Below are positions 12,093-24,771 of a stretch of 64,000 bases of DNA, piece after piece. Below the pieces are notes generated by a model, which was not told the origin of the DNA, did not search any database, and worked only from the letters and a program-made list of their open reading frames with translations. Origin of the DNA: Balanoglossus misakiensis (taxonomy: Eukaryota > Animalia > Hemichordata); NCBI GenBank assembly GCA_040954595.2, contig CM082596.2, positions 4,670,181 through 4,734,180 of the forward strand, in the 5' to 3' direction. A program made the translations under genes and the position numbers. Each line of letters opens with the position of its first letter. Within the stretch, counting starts at the first letter, position 1.

Positions 12093-14417
12093 TTTACTTG
12101 ATATGTCGTATTTATATGAACATATAAAAGCAAAAAAGACTCTTTCTTAAAACTATGTCAAAAAGCTGCCATTTACGAAAAAATAATTCTCTTCCTAAAG
12201 TATGCACTGCGAATAGAGTCAATGGAACTGTACTCCACCAAGATTTCGTGACACATGACGTCATGTTCATAAAAATCACGATCAAGTCATAAATGTATAA
12301 TTATGTAACTCGGAAAAAATATCGACTGAAGTATACACTGTATTCTAGAAGTAAAACCAAACAAGAAAATGTAGAAAATCTTTTTCAAATACACAAAAAA
12401 TATCTCTTAAACCTTTTTTGAAAACTTTGACAAAATATAAACATTTATCTGAAAACTTACAATAATAATTGACCAGCAATTATCGACTGAATTCGATTAA
12501 AACATTTCAATTCAATTAGAGTTTGATAATCAAGTGCTAAAGTACAATTCTTTCTCAAAAAAACGAGTCCAGCTCGTTGAAAGTGAAATAATTCAAGTTT
12601 TAAAAGTAAGGGATGATTGAAAAGGTCACGGTAAGTAATTAGTACGCTTATTTGTAAAAGACGGAAAACGTGCTTGTAAAATTCTAGAATCTCAATGTAA
12701 TGTTCCGAACACGATTGACGGTATAGCGTCGATCGCTTCTTGCTACAAACTACAACGGCACGTCACGACTATACCCGGCTATAGACGACACGACTACAAT
12801 GACGCGATAGACAAGAGTATATACTTTACATCTCTATCTGTTTGTCCGTATATAGAGTCACTTACCGGCAGTGGAGAAGCACAAACTTATTCTCGCCATA
12901 TACAATACAGGAAGGCCAGGCATATAACCCTGAGGCGGACTATCCCGAATAAAATAAATACTTTTTGTTCAATTTTCTTAATTCCTTCTCACAATGTTAT
13001 ACCTATCACAAAACCAGACTAGCATATGATCAAGACACTGTGATTAAATGATCACCGTTTTTAAAACAATACATGTATACTTGTTGAGCTCAGCTCAACT
13101 AAAACAACATTTTTTCACAGAAAACTTAAAACACAACTTTTGTAGTCAACAAGCAGTCTATGAATGCGCCACCCGTGGCGTTGTCTTGGAAACTCAGAAC
13201 GATGCACAGCATGAAGAAAACAGACCGATTTCACCATTGTACAATTGAAGATAAAATAGAGAAAAGTTCAGGAAAAGCGGTAATATTTTTTTTTCTTTTT
13301 TAAAACGTAGCATTTCAAGTGAAGGCTGTGTTTTTTCTTCAGTCAAGTCACGTGACTAGCACGTAAATTTGACGTCATCCAGGAAACAGCTTTTTTTATC
13401 GTCAGGTGAACTTCGGTAAAATGCCGGGTAACAAGGTTGGTATCGGTTGTGTGTAAATCTGGGGCGATGATTTGGCCGAATCTTGTACGATGCAACGACA
13501 AGGAAAGGAGTTCTGCGTGGAATGGCTGCAAGGGTAAATCCTCAGCTCGGCTGTGGATTGTGCGTGTAGAGTAGAGTAGAGTTGACGGTGTGCGTCCCGC
13601 CTAAGCCCGAGGCGAGGTAAGGGGTTTGTTTGCATGGAGGCGACCGGTTACTGGAAGGAATTCTGATTATCTCTCGTCTGCCTTTTTTGAACATGACAAT
13701 ATGCCATACAAGTTTCAAGTCGTAGACTTATTTTTGATACACAAACTCACATATAGGGATTTCCACAACCTGGAGGAGAGAGAGAGAGAAGAGAAAAAAA
13801 GAAGAAAAGGTTAATAGAGTCCTCGAATGCTGAACTGTTGATAGCGTACCTCACTACAGGCAATGCACACAGGTTCAACTCAACGCTGTGGTGAAAGGGT
13901 GTTTTTTTCGGTCGTGCAATCAATTTACGTGCGGGGCAAAACAAGCCAAAATCTGAGGACACACTCGAAATTTTTCGACAGCCACACGTTGCGGTATTAC
14001 TTGCCGATTTACACTATTTTGCCACGCTTTGCCTATGCTGACATCTCAAATCTCAGAACGAACGAGTTAGCTGGCCAGCTATACGACCACCAGTATTTGT
14101 CTGATCGACACGTGGTGGTTTTTCAAGTCAACGGCTCAATTCTCCACCTCATATAGCAATGCTGATGAGACAAAATTGTATATCCTCCGTTCAAGGGGTT
14201 TACATGTGTGTTTTTTTCTGGTGGGGTTGGGGCTACAGATACATTTTACGAATGGTGCGATTGAGTGCAAAATGGACTACTTCTCGTGATAGTTGTCGTT
14301 TGGTCGTTACAACTGAGTGAAAATTCACCACGTTATGGAACTCAGTTACTGACGCTGAGATTGCAAAAATGGAAATACATGTTTTATACTTACATTAACT
14401 AGTGGAACGGATCGACA

Positions 14418-17400
14418 TCAGAAATTAGCGTTGAGTTCATAGAACTCAAAGTCCCCATGACTTGGGGGAGGGTCACATGGGCTGGAGATAAGTTCCATAT
14501 CATAACTTTCTAATTCGTCTATAAAACTGCTAGCGTCGGACTGATCGGAGTGGCTCAGCTCACTCATCATCGACTCCTGGTCGTTGTTTAGAAGATTCAG
14601 TTGGAGCTGCTCAGCAGAATCCAGATTATGAGAAGGCTGTCCCGCAGCTTGGGTTGAGGAGGAGGAGGAACAGGAGGAGGAGGAGATGGTAGAGTAGGAC
14701 GTCACAGACGGTGGCGACGGCAGACAGGCGGCATCCTCTATCGACGACGCCGAGCTCAGCGGCGAATCGTGTGCGTAGATGGGCGAGTTGTCGGAGAACA
14801 GGGAGGAGTCCTGGAGACTCTCGCCCTCGCGGCTGTTCTCGGATGGAACGCAGTGGTCCTTTTCCGGCGAGCTGCTCCCCGCCAACTTGGTGCGGCTTTT
14901 CAGGCTGGCTTTCAGGTCCTCTTGTAAGTTGTCGCGCTTCTTGGCCGGGTCCCTCGGCTGGCTCGACTTTGTCTGGCTCAGCAGGCTGGCTGCGAGCTCT
15001 CGGAGAGTGTTCAAGTCCTCTTCCGACAGGGTTTTTTCCTCGCTCGCCATCAGCTGGTTTCGCGCCTCGCAGTTGTAGAGGGTCGACGGCTGATGCGAAC
15101 TCTTGTCTCGGGCCGAGCTGGAAAAGTTGTAGGTGAATCGCGACCGTGCCACGGAGGAACCACCTGTTGCCTCCAAGGTCGGCGAAGGGTCGGGCGTCAA
15201 AAGACTGTCCGGAATACACACCTCCGACTTCAAACTGATGTTGTCCAGTGCCAAGTGCGGCGCGATTCTGGAGTACATGACGTCGACGCCGTCCGGGCAA
15301 GATTTCGGCGTTGCTGGCGTCGGCGGCGGTGCCAAAGTCTCGGCCAGTTGACCGACCATCTGTACCGCGTCCAACGATGCCATGTTGCCCGTTAGACTGT
15401 GCAGCGTGGTGGTGGTGGTCTGCGCCGGGTACATGCAGCTGCTGTTCGTGTCACCCACCCGACTGTACCGACCTCCCATAGAGGCAGACACTGGCAGGGT
15501 GTAGGTGCTGATTTTGACGTCGTACCTGTCGCCGTCTCCGTCGTCGCCGGCGTCGTTGTTGTAGCGGCACGACTTGAAGAGCGGCTCCTCGCCGGACTGC
15601 TCGCTGAGCCGCCGTTTCAAGCGCTTGCGCACCAGCTCCATGGTGGCCTCCTTGAGCGCGGAGAACGTCGACCCGGGGCTCGGGGTCTGCGGCGGCTCTT
15701 GTGCGTTCGACGGCGGGTTGGTCACGAAGTGGCCGCTGGCGGACTCCGCCAGACCGTCGTCGCTCGTTGACGGGAAATAGCCGTGCTGTTCGTGTTCGCT
15801 GGGTATGTCCATGGGCCACATTTCAGAGGACTGTAGATTGCTGGCTTGCAGCGGAAATATGTGGTGGTTCACAGCACTGATCGAGAAACTTTCCGTCACC
15901 ATATTTTGTTGCAAAATTTTATAGTAGTACATCTCGTTATCGCTGGAAGATATAACAGGACAAAATATTATTAATAATTCTTCATTTCGGATTTAGATAA
16001 TTGTAATGGCGGTCATAGATTTCCAAGTTTACTTAGTTTAACCAGGACAGTGACTAAAACTCGTGAGTACGGTCTATCTATTAATTCCTTCTGTCTATTT
16101 CTTCCGTTCGAAGAAGATGAACTTACCTGATGACGCGGTTTTCACAGACTATCGGCGTGTCGGTCAAATCCGGCCGGCTGGTCGCGCTGACGCACACGTT
16201 GATCACCTCTCCGTCCTTGCGTCTCATTCGGATGACAAACTCGCAAGAATTCTGACGTCCTTGTTGTACGTGTCGGAGTACTGTTTCAAAGACAAGAAAA
16301 AAATACGTTTATTTTTTCGATAAGCAAAAGCAATATCAAGCCAGGAGCGACTTGAAATGCGGTGTCGGTTTTATCACACTGTCGGACATCTATTGTAGCT
16401 TTGTCATGTAAAGTATGTTTTCTGTTTTCCTCGTTCATGTGTACGTCTTACAAGGAAGTAGTTTCAAACTCCCAAGGTGTGTCACTTCCTGACTTCGTCA
16501 TCAGTTCTACAAAACGTGAGTACACAGAAAAAAGGACAGAGCGTTCGGAGAAAAGAAAGAAAGAAGGAAAGAAAGAAAGACGGAAATAAACCAGAGAAAA
16601 CGAAAAGCAAAATACTTACAATACTGATGGTGTGTTCGGCCGGTGACGTCATCCTCAGCATAGATCAAATTATACCACGATGTCGCGTATAATTCTTCAG
16701 CGGTGAAGCCGAGATGAAAGAACACACTGAAACGGGAGCACAGAGTGAAATATTTAGATCTTGGTGACCGCTACTGACAACATGTCAATTAGATTACCAA
16801 GGCGACACAGTTCAGCAATTGATAAGTTGGAAGTCAGTCGCATTCGGGATTTTCCCTTAATTTCTCCCTTCGTTTTTTTTTTTTTTTTTTTTTGGGGGGG
16901 GGGGGCAAAAATCAGTAAATTAAAAACAAATACACATATTTCTCTGTCAATACAAGGCAGTACAGTAGGTTATAAAGAGTGTGGGCGCCTATGAGATTCT
17001 TACCTGGACGACGCGTACTGCAATTTCATATCCATGCCGTGGTGCGTCAGGAAAACCATGGTATCGAAGACAGCACTGTCCGTCATCCTTTTCGCTGTGC
17101 CGGACACGGGCGAACAGGTACCAATAAACACGGGCGCTGAATTCCAACTGTCGCCCGGCAGACAGGAATGGAACCGACCGCGGATGTGTACCACCTGAAT
17201 GGAGACAGACATTTCAATAAGCACTTGTTCATTCCACCTCAGCCAGGAAATTGACGTAACTGCGCGCCCAGAGACGCGTTTAAATACGCCTTGTCAATTT
17301 CACACCGAAGGAAATTAAGTCAACCGCACCCTTTACATGAGTGATCATGCGATATTTATTTTGCAGCGCGTTTTGATCACTGTGGCAGGCCATCTTGGAT

Positions 17401-19591
17401 TAGATGAGCTTTATAGCTATACATGACATGGCTAACACAACCAAAGCCCTTCCCAAGTTTACATTTTACAAACACACTGACCTTATTGTCGCTGCAGTTG
17501 TCCTGTCGACGCATTGACCGTGACGTGTTCATTCGACAGAAAAATGCTCGTTCTGCTTGACCTGCTGGTGTGTTCTCGAACCACCGGATCTGGTTCCTCA
17601 CGATCTCGTGGTCGCGATCGTCGATCACATCAAAAATGCTGCCGCCCTGCGTCAGCAAATCAACCTGTTAAACGGACAGAGGATAATCACTTAGAATCTC
17701 TCAAAACATGGTGAAATAGGCGCCTTGCTCAACATGGCGCGATTCATCATCATATATATTCAAAATACGTCCCCATGGTAAAATGCTGGGTTTCGGTGGT
17801 ATACAGTATTGAAATCATATAGAACTTTTTTTTTTTTTTTAATGATACATACCATTGAATGTCCCAGATACTCTGTGACGTTTTCTGAAATGTATAGCAG
17901 TTTTCCTTGACTGTTGCTAACGAGTAGAAAACCATTCACGGCCTGGAAATAAATAAAAAATATTGTTGTTGTTGTTGTTGTTATTATTACTAGATTCTGA
18001 TTCTGATTCTGATAATTATATATTTTTTATTTAAGTATTATTATTGCTTCCACTACTTTTGTGATACTTTCGCTTTTGCGGAAATGTTAAATGGCCGTGA
18101 AATGTACAAAAATAGGAAAGACTTATTGGCCTACTATCGGCACGCGGCCAAGTTGCAGACAATGGCTTTAAAATAGGACAGGGCCTTATTTATGGTTGTC
18201 AAAAAAAGGGGAAAACCCGCTTTATGGCGTGGCATCATGACCTCACAATTGTGCCGCAAAACACACCTGAATACTGCCGTCGTTTAGGGGAAAACCCTCC
18301 GACAGTCTCTTTGGCCGCAGTAGGGTGTACGGACGCGCCTGTCTTTGATTAGAAATATCTGTTTGACTATTACTCCCGCCCGGGCTTTACGAGATTTCCG
18401 TCCCACTTGCGCCAGTTAGCGAGCCATCAAGTCGCAGCCGAATAAACGAAACTAAGGTACTGCGCATGACACCAGGAATGTTGGGGCCTGTTGCGTTTTA
18501 GGGGGGAAACCCCTCCAATTGGACACATCCCGCACACCCTACCCCTCTTGTGATGACGTAATCGTTGCTAGGATACCATTACTTGATTATAACATATAGA
18601 CAGTGGCTGCCAAGGGTCAATGCGCGTGCTAGTCACGTGGTGTATGTTCCTCGTAATTAAAGACAAAAATCTAAACCCAACTTAATTTTTTTTCCACTCA
18701 ATTTAAATCTAACAGCCGAACATAGGATGATACCCGAATTAGATCGACTACGCTAAGAAGACTTTCAATAAGTCGAAAACCCGTCGGATACACGGAAATT
18801 AACCTTTATCATTTCTTTTTTTAGGCAAAAAGTTTAAGCAAAAAAACAGCGTTCTTATATAAACTTACCGGAGTAAAATCGAACTGCACGTCTGCCTTAC
18901 GTGGACTGCGCTGTCTTTTCGTTTGACAGCTGGTCTGATCGTCCTCAAATTCTGTAACAGAAAAATGTATCTCGCGTCAACCTATGAAAGTTACAGCGCG
19001 ACAGGAACCCGATTACATCAAAGACTAGTGCCGACTTTTGTGTAAATACTATGTTGAGCTCCACACGTCCGTATGCCATGCGACGACTTTACAAAACCAT
19101 GTGATTTTAAATCCGGGGCAACATCATACTATGAAATACTGGTAACGGCTCGTCCTCTGTTCATTGTCATCGTTTTCAATTTACAAAATAAGAAAAAACT
19201 TTGTGAAGTTTCATTTTCTCCTACTTAATAAGCCTCTACTGTTTAAAAAAGTTAGTTCTACCCAACAGTCGACTTAAAAAAAATATTATACGTTCAGAGT
19301 AAAATTACTTGCAAACTTCTAAAAAGTTTTCTAAAATGCTTGATTTAGTCATACGGAAAGGCGTTTATATTTAGTTATTGTTTTTATCTCTTTTTAACTC
19401 TAAAAAAACTCCTTACCTTGAGAGAAAAAGTTCGATTTTCGGGTGTACACACATGCTAGAGACATGATGTGAAGATACGACAGCCTTGCTTTGACTGAGT
19501 CCGGCAACGGGAGTAAATCCCTTAGATTCTTAATCTCGGTGTTGATGAGATCTCGCCGTTGTTTCGAAGCACCTCTCGTTGACCTGGACAT
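14418..19591 (-). CDS. NPAS4: NPAS4/dysfusion-like bHLH-PAS transcription factor (core model, 8 exons, ~835 aa)
   Basis: Exons 19591-19417 (b[32 protein letters not shown]...[17 protein letters not shown], very close to vertebrate NPAS4), 18951-18869, 17942-17853 ([12 protein letters not shown]...[18 protein letters not shown]), 17664-17482 ([17 protein letters not shown]...FFCRMN), 17194-17004, 16726-16620 (PAS-B HLGF...SWYNLI), 16280-16127, 15942-14418 (Ser-rich/acidic C-terminus). All GT-AG; phases 1,0,0,0,2,1,2 join without a stop; total 2508 nt. Confidence 0.92.
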
Positions 19592-19979
19592 TGAGAAGAG
19601 ATGGGAAATATCCCTCATGAGTGGTTTAAAAAAACAAGGAAAAATTCCCTCGAGATTGGGAAAAAATACTTGGAAATGTGTCTTGACATTACAAGGGAGT
19701 CCCAACTGAAAAAGCGGTTCACCTGACATAGCGGCTTATAAACATGGTCAGTCGGGTCTGGGTCAAATATTAACCGAAGACTGTACGATAATGCGCCGGT
19801 CCGCTGCCGTAGGGAAAAACCCGAAATGTCCCCTGTACGTTTCCCGAGCGGCTGCTATAGTCTACAGCGAGAGTCTATCTACAACTCTCCGAAAAAGAAC
19901 AAAGGTTGCGCTCGGGCTGATGACCTGAAGCCGCGAGATAAAAATCGTTTGAAATACTTATATTTACAAATCGTGGCGC

Positions 19980-20165
19980 CCTTAAATATAAGCATAACAG
20001 TCAAAGTTGTTGGCGTACATCCCTACTGGTGAGTGGACTAGCCGGGCTCAATTTGATTGGCGGAAGAGGGCAAATCCTACAGGTTGCAGTAAATTTTGAC
20101 ACCCCCAGTTAAGTACCGGCGGTTAGTGATTGGCTCGTTATCAAAAAGAGATGCGGTGATTGGTC
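19980..20165 (-). promoter_or_regulatory. Candidate proximal promoter of the NPAS4-like gene
   Basis: TATA/MEF2-like TTAAATATAA at 19982-19991 and three minus-strand CCAAT boxes (GATTGG at ~20055, ~20128, ~20158), upstream of in-frame ATGs at 19729 and 19591. Confidence 0.5.
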
Positions 20166-21065
20166 GTTAATTAGCACATGCTGCTTAATATTCATATGTT
20201 GACCCGGGGAGACGCAGACTGGCCATGGTTGCCACCCACATAGTCTAACAAGTGATGTGGAACCATCGCTGACAGCCGTCATGCCAACAGCGCACCCAGC
20301 GGCGTGTATCGCGTATACCTTATTTCTTCCCGTGGTCCGTACGCGGCGCTCGTTCTGACATGACTAGTCTTTTAGATGAAATACATGACTACAACCAGAA
20401 CCACACGCTACACAATGCGCAATTATCGCAAACGCATAAAAAGTTATCACATCTACAGTAGACAACTTCATACTCAGGTCACATGACAATATCGACAGAG
20501 AAACTCGCATTTTGACGAACATGACTTTGGACTATCTCTGTAGAGCTAAGATCCCAAGACAAAAGGCACTAATCTTAAAATAATTTTAAAATATTGGAAT
20601 TTGAGATGACTTGACCCTGATTCATATACAGGTTTACTTGAAAGTTCGCGACCTTGCGAAACGCGTCAAACATTTGTTTAATGTTTAATATTCGAAAGGG
20701 CGGCAACATTTTCATTACACGTTGTGGTATTTTTGTTTCTTTACGCGAAATATAACAGCGGTGTGGCGTTTTGACTAAAGTACTAACGAACTGTCGAAGA
20801 AGAAACTGCCTTTGAGACGGCTTCCTATTGATCGCACAACGCCGGCGAGTATCGTCCAATGAAACACGTGTTACACGCAGCTTGCGAGAACATCGCTGTT
20901 TGACCTCACGCAAGAAGGATTAGAGCTGAAGAAGCCAGTCGTCCTTTTCTGACAAGAAAGTCGGTTCTCCCTATGATTCAGCTGTTTTTTTATCTCTCGG
21001 AGCACGTAGCTGCCAGGTTGCCATGGTTACCAAGTGGCGGAAATGACGTCCGGCGTCTTACTTAC

Positions 21066-21073
21066 GTATTCAT
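21066..21073 (-). CDS. Candidate alternative first coding micro-exon of NPAS4-like gene (ATG AAT AC | GTAAGT)
   Basis: Consensus donor GTAAGT in phase 2; joining to the acceptor at 19583 gives MNT-STRGASK. Confidence 0.35.
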
Positions 21074-22099
21074 GAAAGCGAGAGTGACTGCGTAGTGCAA
21101 CCCGATTCATTGTGTGCCACGGTATACCCACACCGACTCGTATCGAGCATCAGAATTTCAAATCTCACCAACGCAACACCCGCCCATCTCTCCGCCCGCG
21201 CACAAGTCGATAAATGGCCTCCCATTTGTACTGACAAAATTAATATCCGAAGCAATCGGTTCATAATAAAGTCACTCACAGAATACAAATTGTCACATTA
21301 AAAAGGAGCACTGCGGTAATTTTTCAAACGGTAATTTCCGCGTTTGGGTGAATATTGTTTTGTTGTGCTTGAATTTTTAAAATCTCTCGCATTCATCTTT
21401 TACCTGTCAACCAGGCATCAATAATAATGTCAATAACCAGGGCCCAATTACTGAACCAAACAGACTCCCTAATTAGCGACTCGACTGAACCCCCCCCCCG
21501 GAATTCGAGACATGTTTTATGTCATCAATCAAAATTTATAGGCGAAGCTCTGGTTGGATTTAGGCCACTCGGTTACGCGACTCGCGTCAGGTTCTGAGAT
21601 CGATAGAGGAAATACCCGCCCCTGTCAAAACTGGCACATTTAATTAAACAGAAATGACGGAACAAAATAAATAAAAGCGGGTATGAACATTGGACGGGCA
21701 GCGCACGTCGCATTTTTTGCCCGATATGGCTGTAAATGTGTACTATCATCGCTGTCGTCATTTGCCCCGACTGCGTTGCCAGGCAACCTGCCTCTCGACT
21801 TCTGCGTCAATCGTCAAATGAGATGGTAATAAGCATGCGCGTCCGAGAGAGAAGCGAAAACGGATTTACTGACTGTTTGTGAAAAATGAAAATAAAATGT
21901 TGAAATAAAGCAGATTTGGGGGACAAGTCGTCCGTGTTTTAAGCGGCGGTGGGCTTGTGAAAGCTGGCGACATATTTTGAAACCATACGCTTGAAATATG
22001 CGCCGTAATACACAGCAGGCTGTGACATCATTCATTCAGTTTCAATGAAAGATAATGAGGCGCTGCTATATTCACACCGCGCCGTACGTACAAACCTAC

Positions 22100-22411
22100 C
22101 TGAACGGGGTGTTTTTCTTCGGTTTGATGCCATTCATTTTGGCGGAGACGGTGACCGGCACGTCTCCCAGCTGTCCACAGAGCGTCATCTGCGCCGCCGC
22201 CCACTGGCGATGGCTGTGGTGATGGTGAGGGTGTTCTTGATGGTGGTGTTGATGTTGATGAAGGGAAAACGCTTTGACAGAAGATGGAGTTGTAGTAGTA
22301 GAAAGCGAAGGCGACGGTGATGAAGAGTCTACACTGACCGGCAGCGTCAGACTACTAAGGCACACAGGTGCTGTTTTGGGGGATGAAGAAACTACACTAC
22401 CGAATGATGAC
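22100..22411 (-). CDS. Candidate 312-nt symmetric (phase 2-2) Ser/Thr- and His-rich N-terminal exon of NPAS4-like gene
   Basis: Acceptor tgttttgtttcttcggcag| at 22411; open frame SSFGSVV...HQHQHHHQEHPHHHHSHRQ...KPKKNTPF; donor AG|gtagg at 22100. Splicing to 19583 yields ...[11 protein letters not shown], matching NPAS4 (M)YRSTKGASK. Confidence 0.6.
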
Positions 22412-23035
22412 CTGCCGAAGAAACAAAACAATAACGTTCCGTTACAACAATGGAACGACAGCGACCTTATAAAAAAAACACACAGCCATAGATATGCTTA
22501 TTTCCGGTGTCGTCAGCCGCAAGCTGCGGACAGCTTATCACCGCTTTCACTTTTCATTAAAAACACGCTTAAAACTAACATCTGTGGATGGTACCTTTTA
22601 GCAAAAAAAATCTTGAGAATTTCACGAGTTCCTTGCCAGTCGAGCCAAAAGCACTGGGGTTCAGCGTGAAAACGACGAGGCCGAGTGATGTTATCGGGAA
22701 GCGCTAGCTTGAATCGTAATTTCACGGCACAGAGAGCTCAACGTGCGGACGGTGGAATGAAACCGACATGGATATTTACCAATTAGATTAAAAACAAACA
22801 AACAGTTGTTTACCTAATTGGGGTGGGGACTAGGGTGGGCTGGGAGACTGTGTGTAGTATTATATGTACAGTACGTCGGAGCAACACGGGTTAAGTTTTC
22901 ACGCCGGTCGATATATTTTTTTTCGGCGAAGCACTGGCAAAAAATGCGCATGCTGTGGGTATTCGTCGCTTCACCGAAAAAAAACCATTACCCTCCCCCA
23001 GAAAACAAAATAAAGGAAAACAACACGCGACTTAC

Positions 23036-23064
23036 CCGTCCTGTCCTGCAGTTGGGTAAAACAT
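23036..23064 (-). CDS. Candidate alternative first coding exon of NPAS4-like gene (MFYPTAGQDG)
   Basis: gcgATG TTT TAC CCA ACT GCA GGA CAG GAC GG|gtaagt, phase 2. Inr-like TCAGTT near 23129 and the CArG/CRE/MEF2 cluster just upstream. Confidence 0.55.
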
Positions 23065-23247
23065 CGCAGCTACCAGCGCTGGACTCGTAAAGTTGATGCT
23101 CACTCTCTGAGTCGTCACATGAAACTGACCGCCTAACGAGATGCAATATAACAAAAAGAAGTCTCGTGGACTGTGTAGGGAAATGCCCAATGTATTACTA
23201 GCGCTCTCCAAACAGCCCATTACCCAGTCAATATGTAATAGGCCTGA

Positions 23248-23392
23248 CCATATATGGACACGTGACGTAGCCGCAATGGCTTAACGCTGTGGTGGTTTGA
23301 CGTCACTGCCAGTCACACGATACCCTCTCAAACGGATCCGAGGGAGAATAGCGGTGTCTATTTTTAACCTCAGTGATCTAAAAATAATGACG
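23248..23392. promoter_or_regulatory. SRF/CREB/MEF2 composite element (activity-response element-like)
   Basis: CArG CCATATATGG 23248-23257; CACGTGACGT 23259-23268; full CRE TGACGTCA 23298-23305; MEF2 CTATTTTTAA 23358-23367 and CTAAAAATAA 23378-23387; half-CRE TGACG 23388-23392. Confidence 0.7.
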
Positions 23393-24715
23393 CTGGGTTA
23401 AATTTAGAAACATAATGGGGTGAACACTTTATTTATCTGAATTTGAAATTATGTACACAATTTCGCGGTAACTCCCGACGTGTTGTTGCCATGATCATGA
23501 GCGCTGGGGTCGGGCACTTTGCCGGAAAAAACTCACTTTGTGTTTGGACTATCGCCACGGCCCAGCCAGACTGGGACAACCTCGAGTGACCTTGGCAGAT
23601 TTGTTTGGCGTTCCCACCCACCGTGCACCGGCCAGACAACAACAGGCGGGCGGGGCTACACACAGCCGCAGGACGTACCGCGTAGAAGACGTACTTGAGA
23701 AAGACGCAAACTTCCGGCAACGGGACGCGCAAACTGTTGGAAGTGGTTGAATTGGTTAGCGTTTGTCACCGTTTCCGTTCTGTGTTTTTCTCTCTCCGTT
23801 CAGGACTTCAGGGCTTTGTATTCGAATTCCGTCAGAGACTTTAGAAGGCGTTCACTAAACGAAAGTATGCTTCCGACGAATACATTACCTCGAATCATCG
23901 TATGCGATATATTTTTCGGGCTGTGGGGGGGGGGGGGGTTAGTGTATCATTTTAAACCTAAACCACGGTCTACCGCTGCGATTGCATCCGCTGCCAAAAT
24001 AGGGCAGGATCACGTTTCGAAACCCAGTCATGTTGCGGACTGGATTAAAATAAAGAGTGATCTGGCTGGCAATAGTTCTTCCATACACAGTACATGCAGT
24101 AGGACAGCGTAAGAAGAACAATGTTTGGACGCGTGTTATGGCGACGCCCTGTACACGTGCCAATTTTGTGGCGCAGTCATCGGGTGCGTTCCGTATTCAA
24201 GCGTCCCATGATGCGCTTGTATGTGTTTATTTTTGTTTTCGTTAAGTCCATGAAACAGAACGACGAATAAAAAACAAACAAAATGAATTTAAGAGGGGGG
24301 ATTGTACGCCGTCTGAACTTTAAAGATTATAGTTGTTGTTTTCTCCTCAGAGATTAGGGGTGACGACTGTTTCTGAAGCGAAATTGTCATTTCAATGATG
24401 CGTTTCTTTTTAAAAGTATGGCGCGCATATATGTGGGTCAGAGCTTGATTGTCAGTGACGTACACAGCAGAGTCACCCGGTTTGAACTCGGAAATCTCTT
24501 TCCCCAGCGGCTGCAATCCCACAATACATACGCATGGTTCCCTGCTCAATTGTTTATATCTACGCCACGACTGGGCAAGACGCATGCAAAAGCTATAGTC
24601 AGAATAGGAGTTCTACGTCAGTGATCTTTCGTTAATCCTAAGACAGGCCCTAAGCGAACGGGGTCTCCCCCGGTTTCCTAGAATTACGCTGAGCTAACGT
24701 CACATCGCGTCTTAC

Positions 24716-24771
24716 CTGCACTGTTGATGATGTACTTGCTGAGCGTCTTCGCGTTGCGCGCTTGTTTTCAT
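24716..24771 (-). CDS. Candidate distal alternative first coding exon of NPAS4-like gene (MKTSAQREDAQQVHHQQCR)
   Basis: gcaATG...TGC AG|gtaaga, 56 nt, phase 2. TATAAATA box on the minus strand at ~24930-24923. Confidence 0.5.

Noticed and set aside
14626-15819. Many overlapping ORFs (up to 224 aa) in other frames and on the + strand
   Set aside because: Shadows of the GC-rich NPAS4-like last exon; no recognisable protein features.
24465-24500. tRNA/SINE B-box-like sequence (also at ~10635-10650)
   Set aside because: No A-box or cloverleaf could be built; at most decayed SINE fragments.
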